A stretch of DNA of 64,000 nt from Dendrobates tinctorius (lineage: Eukaryota), in assembly GCF_039654945.1 (NCBI RefSeq), contig NW_027361810.1, forward strand, positions 3,224,001-3,288,000. The letters are read 5' to 3'. The notes under the pieces were generated by a model. It was not told where the DNA came from, ran no database searches, and saw only the letters and a program-made list of their open reading frames with translations. The translations under genes and the position numbers were made by a program. The stretch's first letter is position 1; the number at the start of each line of letters is the position of its first letter. Shown here one piece after another: positions 55,171-64,000 of the stretch.

Positions 55171-55285
55171 GGAGCCCCCACACTCCAGTGCTCGCAGCTC
55201 TGCGCACCGCTCCTTATATCGCCGCCGCCGGGCTGATGATCCTGCCGGGGAGGCGCCGCCGCCTCTGCTCCCTCTCCGCAGCTCT
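55117..55285 (-). promoter_or_regulatory. Putative MRAS promoter and non-coding first exon
   Basis: CpG-rich GGCGGCGGCG tracts; TATAA on - at 55218-55214; first donor CTG|GTGAGT at 55117/55116; exon at 37678 starts with an acceptor, so an upstream exon is required. Confidence 0.55.
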
Positions 55286-56072
55286 TGTCATCAGTTCAGG
55301 CTTTTTCTGCTGTTACATGATACAAAGTTTCATCTTTTTTCCCTGTTGGGATTTGTATCCACTAAGACCATAGAGCCAGACAGTGAAATATCAGCACGCG
55401 GAATGCTCCCCCCCTCCAGGACACAATGGACTCTTCCACAAGCTGAGGGCTCAGAATGTGGCTCTTAAGGTGGACTGGGACTGGCAATGGCTAGAAGCCT
55501 CTGTGAGAGCAGGAGTGCAGAGTCTGGGGGACTGAGGGGCAGTTATTAATTGGGGGGTTGGCAGAGACGTGATGGATTTAGGGCTCTAGTTACTGTGGTG
55601 GAAGAATAAGAGACTTTGCATTTGGACTTCCTTAAGAAAACCACTCCTTACATGGGGCTGGTGAGCTGTCACTCTTTTGAGCTGGCAGTCCTGTTATCAT
55701 GGGGCTGCCCAGTGCCCAGCCCTGTGCTGCCTGCTGGGTGCACATAATAACAATGGCTCCTGGTCATAGTGTGACTCAGATCCTCACCTGATCACCTAGA
55801 GCAGGCATGACAGGGCAGGAAACAGTGTGACAATGCACAGGTCCCCCTCAGCAGATAAAGCAACCCAAGGAAACCGAACCTGAACCCCAATATTAGGAGC
55901 ATCTCCCCTGCACTGAGAGGCACTCACTGCAGAGATTTATCATCATTATTACTTTGATTTTTAGGCACCGCTATGGACACGTTAGGTGGCCCTTCTGAAT
56001 CCTAAGTAATTGTAACATTACAGCTAATATTATCCTTAAGGGGTTGTCAAAAATGAAAAAAAAACTCCTTTA

Positions 56073-57154
56073 AAGGGGTTGTCCGGCCTTTTCACATAAT
56101 CTCAGTACATATCTGGGCTGCAGAATTATGACATTAAGTAATTTACTTTCTGTCACTAGTTTGCACGGTTTTCTAGATATTCTGAACAGAACGTCCAAGG
56201 GGGTTGTTATGGCATTGAAATGAGAACTAGTCGTAACGTCCTACTCTACTCCAAACCTGCCCTCTATAGCAACAACCCCACCCTCCATAGCTACAGGCCC
56301 TCCCCGTCCACATGAACAAGCCCTCCTCACACAGTAACAAATCCTCCCCCTCCAGAAGCCTCACTGCAGAGAGCAGAACCACCCAGCTGCTCCTCCCCCA
56401 GACACACACTGAACAGTGATCTATGGAAAGTGAAACTAGTGAGGAGGGAAAATTGTCCTGTATTCTGGGCCACTCCATGATTACAATACATAACTCATTA
56501 TCAGTAATTCCTTCCCTCACTGTCCCAGGCTGCTGGCAGCAGTGAGAACAGGCTGTGTGATGGCCAGTGATGGGGGTCTGCAGCTTCTAATCTGCACAGG
56601 GGATGGCAGTCACTGATGTAATCTGTTGTGTGACAAAGCCTCTGCTGTGTGAATAAGACAGCTCTGTGTCACTGATGTCTTCACACAGCAGCAGATTTGG
56701 TGCAGTGTATGTGTGAGCACTGTGTCTCTAATGACACAAATACTGATGGGAGGAGCCTATCCCAGAATACAGGACGATTTTCCCTCCTCACTAGTTTCAC
56801 TTTCCATAGATCACTGTTCAGTGTGTGTCTGGGGGAGGAGCAACTGGGTGGTCTGCTCTCTGCACTGAGGCTGCTGGAGGGGGAGGATTTGTTACTGTGT
56901 GATGAGGGCTTCTTCATGTGGACGGGGAGGGCTTGTAGCTATGGGGGGTGGGGTTGTTGCTATAGAGGGCAGGTTTGGAGTAGAGTAGGAGGTTACGACT
57001 AGTTCCCATTTCAACCATAACACACTCCCCCTTGGACGTTCTGTTCAGAATATCTAGAAAACCGTGCAAACTAGCGACAGAAAGTAAATTACTTATTGTC
57101 ATAATTCTGCAGCCCAGAAATGTACTGAGATTATGTGAGAAGCCAACAACCCCT
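56073..57154. mobile_element. T2/Kolobok-type MITE with ~400-bp inverted arms
   Basis: TTAA|AGGGGTTGT ... ACAACCCCT|TTAA; about 56073-56470 mirrors 56760-57154. Confidence 0.88.
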
Positions 57155-57308
57155 TTAAGGCAGCAGTCCTTCTGTGAATTAAGAATTCTATAAAAAAAAA
57201 TCTACTTCCACTTGGAGAGGATGTGCAATAGGGGGTGCAGAGGTAGCGGTGGCATGCAGGCCTTGATGTTTGAGAGTGCATCAAAGAGAGTGCTACAAAA
57301 GCAGACAC

Positions 57309-57490
57309 TAATAATAATAATATTAATAATTTTATTTCTATAGCGCTGACATATTCCGCAGCACTTTACATTTCAGAGGGGATTTGTACAGACAATAGAC
57401 ATTACAGCATAACAATAATCACATACAGTAGATTATAACAAATACCAAGAGGAGTGAGGGCCCTGCTCGCAAGCTTACAGTCTATGAGGA
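57309..57490 (-). mobile_element. Old L2-related 3' end
   Basis: (TAA)n tail, TATAGCGC..GCACTTTAC stem, GAGGGCCCTGCTCGCAAGCTTACA resembling the L2 3' UTR. Confidence 0.55.
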
Positions 57491-57750
57491 AAGAGGTAGA
57501 CACGAAAGGTGGGTGGTAACAGTTGCCCTGATTGTATGGACCAGCCACAGCGTAAGAATCGGGTGTTAATATAATGCTGCATGAGACGGTTATCAGCCAG
57601 AAAATGTAACAGTACAGACACAGAGGGCGATTAAATAAAAAAACCAGTGTGAGAACATGACAGGAGGATGCACTGACTTACCCTAAACTGTACATGAATA
57701 GCAATATACATCACATTACACTAAGAAACGCAGTCTCCAAAGCATGGTAA

Positions 57751-58441
57751 GGCTGTGTTCACACACAGCGTTTTTTAGCGGTATTTTTAGCGGTTTTTCC
57801 TATAAAACCGCTAAAAATAAAGCTTCCCAGTCATTTCTATGCATTTTGCACTTTTTGTGCATATTGATGCGTTTTTCACTGCAAAAAAAACACATCGCTG
57901 TAAAAAACGCAGCATGCACATTAATTTCGCGGCTTTTTCCGCATTTCTGGCTATTTCTATGCGTTTTGAAAACGCGCGGAAAAAACGCATAAAAACCGCG
58001 CAGAAAACGCACGGAAAACGCACAGAAAAAAACGCACGGTTTCTGGGAAGGGAGTCAGGTATTCCATCAGAAATTTTCTGCTACGTGTGCACTTAGACTA
58101 AGTGCACACGTACTTTTTGCCCTGCGGATTTTTCCGCGCAGAATTAAAGAAATCCGCAGGTCAAATGACCTGCATTTTTCCTGCGGATTTCTTCCTTTCT
58201 TCTTACAGTTTTCTTGTGGATTTGGAGAATGGAGCAGGTGGAAAACCGCACAAAAGAAGTGACATGCTGCATATTTTGAACCACAAGAAAACCGCACGGA
58301 AAAATCCGCAGCGTCTGCACAGCAGTTTTTTTCTTCTATTGATTAACATGCTATTGTACATCACAATGCGGATCTGCAGCATTTCTGCGCGGTAAAATCC
58401 GCTGCGGATCCGCTGGAAATCTGCATCGTGTGCACACAGCC
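57751..58441. mobile_element. Two abutting Harbinger-type MITEs, or one composite element
   Basis: Outer ends GGCTGTGTTCACAC / GTGTGCACACAGCC; palindromic junction 58082-58112. Confidence 0.7.
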
Positions 58442-58483
58442 TTACACATATATAAATGTGGCAGTACCCAAAATGTGAGCGGT

Positions 58484-59633
58484 AATTATTATTATTATTA
58501 TTATTATTATTATTTATTGTTATAGCGCCATTTATTCCATGGCGCTTTACATGTGAGGGGGGTATACATAAAAACAAGTACAATAATCTTAAACAATACA
58601 AGTCATAACTGGTACAGGAGGAGAGAGGACCCTGCCCGCGAGGGCTCACAATCTTCAAGGGATGGGTGATAATACAGTAGGCGAGGGTAGAGCTGGTCGT
58701 GCAGCGGTTTGGTCGATTGGTGGTTACTGCAGGTTATAGGCTTGTCGGAAGAGGTGGGTCTTCAGGCTCTTTTTGAAGGTTTCGATGGTAGGTGAGAGTC
58801 TGATATGTTGTGGTAGAGAGTTCCAGAGTAGGGGTGATGCGCGAGAGAAATCTTGTATGCGATTGTGGGAAGAGGAGATAAGAGGGGAGTAGAGAAGGAG
58901 ATCTTGTGAGGATCGGAGGTTGCGTGCAGGAAAGTACCGGGAGACGAGGTCACAGATGTATGGAGGAGACAAGTTGTGGATGGCTTTGTATGTCATGGTT
59001 AGGGTTTTGTAATGGAGTCTCTGGGCAATTGGGAGCCAGTGAAGGGATTGACAGAGGGGAGAAGCTGGGGAATAGCGGGGGGACAGGTGGATTAGTCGGG
59101 CAGCAGAGTTTAGAATAGATTGGAGGGGTGCGAGAGTGTTTGAGGGGAGGCCGCAGAGCATGAGGTTGCAGTAGTCAAGGCGAGAGATGATGAGGGCATG
59201 GACTAGGGTTTTTGCAGATTCTTGGGTGAGGAATGAACGGATGCGTGAAATATTTTTGAGTTGAAGTCGGCAGGAAGTGGAAAGGGTTTGGATATGTGGT
59301 TTGAAGGAGAGATCAGCATCAAGGATTACTCCGAGGCAGCGAGCTTGTGGGACTGGGGAGAGTGGGCAGTCATTTACTGTAATTGATAGGTTCATAGGGG
59401 GGGTCACGTGAGATGGGGGAAAGATGATGAATTCTGTTTTGTCCATGTTGAGTTTCAGATATCTAGTGGAGAAGAAGGATGAAATAGTGGACAGACATTG
59501 AGGGATTCTGGTTAGTAGGGAGGTGATATCTGGTCCAGAGATGTAGATCTGTGTGTCATCAGCATAAAGATGATACTGAAAGCCATGAGATTCTATGAGC
59601 TGTCCCAGGCCAAAGGTGTAAATAGAGAACAGC
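58484..59633 (-). mobile_element. L2 LINE 3' fragment, copy 2 (same family as 15128-16872)
   Basis: Open 240-aa C-terminal ORF2 segment ([12 protein letters not shown]); same 3' UTR and (AAT)n tail. Confidence 0.92.
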
Positions 59634-59678
59634 TATGTTCCTATGTAGCAGTACCGCAAGCATTCATCATAGACATTA

Positions 59679-60990
59679 CACAGGTCAACGAAAAAAAATT
59701 TTTTTTCTGGTGTCCAAAATATTTTAATGAATTTGGGGTATTTTTGGGGTGCTGATTCTGAATATGTCATCAGTTTTGCCAGATTGGCTCAAGTTTTTGA
59801 GATTTTTGGTATCTTATTTATAGCACTTGTTGGTAAATGCGACGCATCATCTCATTAATTTCTTTGGATTAGTACTTGAACTGAGCAGTTCTCAATATAG
59901 TTTTGTGTTAATTAGTGTTCTAAAAGTTTGTTCATAGCTTGATTTTTGCACTAACTTTATGTTGTTGTCTGTTTTCCAGTGAAAAGCATGAACTCATCAT
60001 GAAGAAGTTGTCTTAACGATCCAGACTCATTCTGTTACATTTGTGGTGAATATACACTGCCAAAACATAGAAGAAACATAACACACTTCGTAAAAAAAGT
60101 GTATTTTGCCTATTTTGGGGTTATGCTTGGGGACCAAGACAAGTTTTGGGCACCACACATAGTGTGCAAAGCATGTATCGAATTATTACGAAAATGGAGC
60201 AAAGGACAAAGAAAAAGCTTCAAATTTGGTGTTCCAATGGTGTGGAGAGAGCCAAAAAATCATCATGATGACTGTTATTTCTGTGCAGTGCAAGTGCAAG
60301 GATTCAATAAGCATAAGAAACGAAAATGGGAGTAACATGGAATCTGCAAGAAGGCCTGTCCCTCATTGTGAAGATGTGCCTGTACCTGTGTTTACCATAA
60401 ATAACAGTCATCATGATGATTTTTTGGCTCTCTCCACACCATTGGAACACCAAATTTGAAGCTTTTTCTTTGTCCTTTGCTCCATTTTCGTAATAATTCG
60501 ATACATGCTTTGCACACTATGTGTGGTGCCCAAAACTTGTCTTGGTCCCCAAGCATAACCCCAAAATAGGCAAAATACACTTTTTTTACGAAGTCTGTTA
60601 TGTTTCTTCTATGTTTTGGCAGTGTGTATTCACCACAAATGTAACAGAATGAGTCTGGATCGTTAAGACAACTTCTTCTTGATGAGTTCATGCTTTTCAC
60701 TGGAAAACAGACAACAACATAAAGTTAGTGCAAAAATCAAGCTATGAACAAACTTTTAGAACACTAATTAACACAAAACTATATTGAGAACTGCTCAGTT
60801 CAAGTACTAATCCAAAGAAATTAATGAGATGATGCGTCGCATTTACCAACAAGTGCTATAAATAAGATACCAAAAATCTCAAAAACTTGAGCCAATCTGG
60901 CAAAACTGATGACATATTCAGAATCAGCACCCCAAAAATACCCTAAATTCGATGAAATATCTTTGGCACCAAAAATGCTGTTGACCAGTG
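59679..60990. mobile_element. Chapaev3-like (CMC) foldback non-autonomous transposon
   Basis: TTA|CACAGGTCAAC ... GTTGACCAGTG|TTA; both arms encode the N-terminus CLNDPDSFCYICGE..LGDQDKFWAPH..C..C..VPMVWREPKNH..DCY. Confidence 0.75.
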
Positions 60991-61448
60991 TTATCAACAA
61001 TAGCAACATGTAAACATCAACAGATCAAAGACAATTAGAGAAAGGGAAGCAAGGAGGTAATTCTCTCTCACCCCCTTACACTCCATTTATTGCTTTAACC
61101 ACACAGACACAACACTGGAGCGCAGTAACAGGAGGGTCATCACTATGTGTAGCCCTGTGTGATTGTTATCTTGTTGCCTTTAGTTACACTACAGCCACAA
61201 TAACAAAATAGTTACACTGATGTAGTGGAGGAGGAACTGTGACGTGTTCTCAGTCAGTGACACCTGACAGCAGCGACACATGAGCATGCGACACCATGGA
61301 ACACATTGCACCTGTAACGAGGGCCCCGGGCATCATCAGTGCGCAGAACAGAGCAGGAGACGTTCACAGCTATTTGGAACAATTATTTATGAGAAAGCGA
61401 GTCACCTGGTGCGTCTGTTGAGCCCCCAGGTAAAAGTGTAACGAGGAT

Positions 61449-64000
61449 AGTGTCCACATAATACTGTCATACACTGCATATATACTAGTACCCTACAGTG
61501 GTCACATAATACTGCTATACACTGCATATATACTAGTACCCTACAGTGGTCACATAATACTGCTATACACTGTATATATACTAGTACCATACAGTGTTCA
61601 CATAATACTGCTATACACTGTATATATACTAGTACCCTACAGTGGTCACATAATACTGCTATACACTGTATATATACTAGTACCATACAGTGTTCACATA
61701 ATACTGCTATACACTGTATATATACTAGTACCATACAGTGTCCACATAATACTGTCATACACTGCATATATACTAGTACCCTACAGTGGTCACATAATAC
61801 TGCTATACACTGCATATATACTAGTACCATACAGTGTTCACATAATACTGCTATACACTGTATATACAGTATACTAGTACCATACAGTGGTCACATAATA
61901 CTGCTAGACACTGTATATATACTAGTACCATACAGTGGTCACATAATACTGTCATACACTGCATATATACTAGTACCCTACAGTGGTCACATAATACTGC
62001 TATACACTGCATATATACTAGTACCCTACAGTGGTCACATAATACTGTCATACACTGCATATATACTAGTACCATACAGTGGTCACATAATACTGCTAGA
62101 CACTGTATATATACTAGTACCATACAGTGGTCACATAATACTGTCATACACTGCATATATACTAGTACCATACAGTGTTCACATAATACTGCTATACACT
62201 GTGTATATACTAGTACCATACAGTGGTCACATAATACTGTCATACACTGCATATATACTAGTACCATACAGTGGTCACATAATACTGCTATACACTGCAT
62301 ATATACTAGTACCCTACAGTGGTCACATAATACTGCTATACACTGTATATATACTAGTACCCTACAGTGGTCACATAATACTGCTATACACTGTATATAT
62401 ACTAGTACCCTACAGTGGTCACATAATACTGCTATACACTGTATATATACTAGTACCCTACAGTGGTCACATAATACTGCTATACACTGTATATATACTA
62501 GTACCATACAGTGGTCACATAATACTGCTATACACTGCATATATACTAGTACCCTACAGTGGTCACATAATACTGCTATACACTGTATATATACTAGTAC
62601 CATACAGTGGTCACATAATACTGCTATACACTGTATATATACTAGTACCCTACAGTGGTCACATAATACTGCTAGACACTGTATACATACTAGTACCATA
62701 CAGTGGTCACATAATACTGCTAGACACTGTATATATACTAGTAACATACAGTGGTCACATAATACTGCTAGACACTGTATATATACTAGTAACATACAGT
62801 GGTCACATAATACTGCTAGACACTGTATATATACTAGTAACATACAGTGGTCACATAATACTGTCATACACTGCATATATACTAGTACCATACAGTGGTC
62901 ACATAATACTGCTAGACACTGTATATATACTAGTACCATACAGTGGTCACATAATACTGCTAGACACTGTATATATACTAGTAACATACAGTGGTCACAT
63001 AATACTGCTAGACACTGTGTATATACTAGTACCATACAGTGGTCACATAATACTGCTATACACTGCATATATACTAGTACCATACAGTGGTCACATAATA
63101 CTGCTATACACTGTATATATACTAGTGCCATACAGTGGTCACATAATACTGTCATACACTGCATATATACTAGTACCCTACAATGGTCACATAATACTGC
63201 TATACACTGTATATATACTAGTACCATACAGTGGTCACATAATACTGCTATACACTGTATATATACTAGTACCCTACAGTGGTCACATAATACTGCTATA
63301 CACTGTGTATATACTAGTACCATACAGTGGTCACATAATACTGCTATACACTGCATATATACTAGTACCATACAGTGGTCACATAATACTGCTATACACT
63401 GTATATATACTAGTACCATACAGTGGTCACATAATACTGTCATACACTGCATATATACTAGTACCCTACAGTGGTCACATAATACTGCTATACACTGTAT
63501 ATATACTAGTACCATACAGTGGTCACATAATACTGCTATACACTGTAAATATACTAGTACCATACAGTGGTCACATAATACTGCTATACACTGTATATAT
63601 ATACTAGTACCATACAGTGGTCACATAATACTGCTATACACTGCATATATACTAGTACCCTACAGTGGTCACATAATACTGCTATACACTGCATATATAC
63701 TAGTACCCTACAGTGGTCACATAATACTGCTATACACTGCATATATACTAGTACCATACAGTGGTCACATAATACTGCTAGACACTGTATATATACTAGT
63801 ACCATACAGTGGTCACATAATACTGCTAGACACTGTATATATACTAGTAACATACAGTGGTCACATAATACTGCTAGACACTGTGTATATACTAGTACCC
63901 TACAGTGGTCACATAATACTGCTATACACTGTATATATACACTAGTACCAAACAGTGGTCACATATATACACTGCATATAAACTAGTACCATACAGTGGT
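61449..64000. repeat. 48-bp satellite (family C), running off the window edge
   Basis: Unit CATACAGTGGTCACATAATACTGCTATACACTGTATATATACTAGTAC. Confidence 0.95.

Noticed and set aside
53765-55468. Keratin-associated-protein-like Cys/Pro-rich ORFs on +
   Set aside because: The frame shifts between 81- and 82-bp units; the informative signals (donors, TATA) are on the - strand.
61280-61429. Open frame ending at a possible donor CAG|GTAAAA
   Set aside because: No recognisable product and no downstream exon in the window; cannot be supported.
61402-63853. Cys/His-rich 570-aa and 468-aa ORFs
   Set aside because: 48-bp satellite open on both strands; no unique coding flanks.

Overview
Repeat-rich vertebrate genomic DNA, inferred to be frog (anuran) from its T2/Kolobok and Harbinger MITEs, CR1/L2 LINEs and a 35-bp satellite typical of hyloid frogs. 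Three genes can be fully reconstructed. (1) A two-exon secreted stand-alone fibrinogen-domain gene (FGL1-like; +; 1105-1279 joined to 3339-3988; 274 aa). (2) TMEM177 (-; single coding exon 8129-9061; 310 aa). (3) MRAS (-; five coding exons between 37659 and 31601; 208 aa), with a probable non-coding first exon and promoter near 55.1-55.3 kb. The rest is more than 12 tandem-repeat families and many transposons: a decayed CR1, two L2 copies, a near-intact Tc1, a Chapaev3-like foldback, and a five-level nested stack (T2-MITE > hAT > Tc1 > solo LTR > Harbinger MITE). The most unusual structure is the putative MRAS first-exon/intron junction, which is itself an 81-bp tandem repeat. It gives 16 consecutive CTG|GTGAGT donors, each adding upstream ATGs, and some ATGs would splice in frame onto MRAS. 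Most long ORFs in the track are satellite artefacts. Family names come from motif recognition, not database searches.
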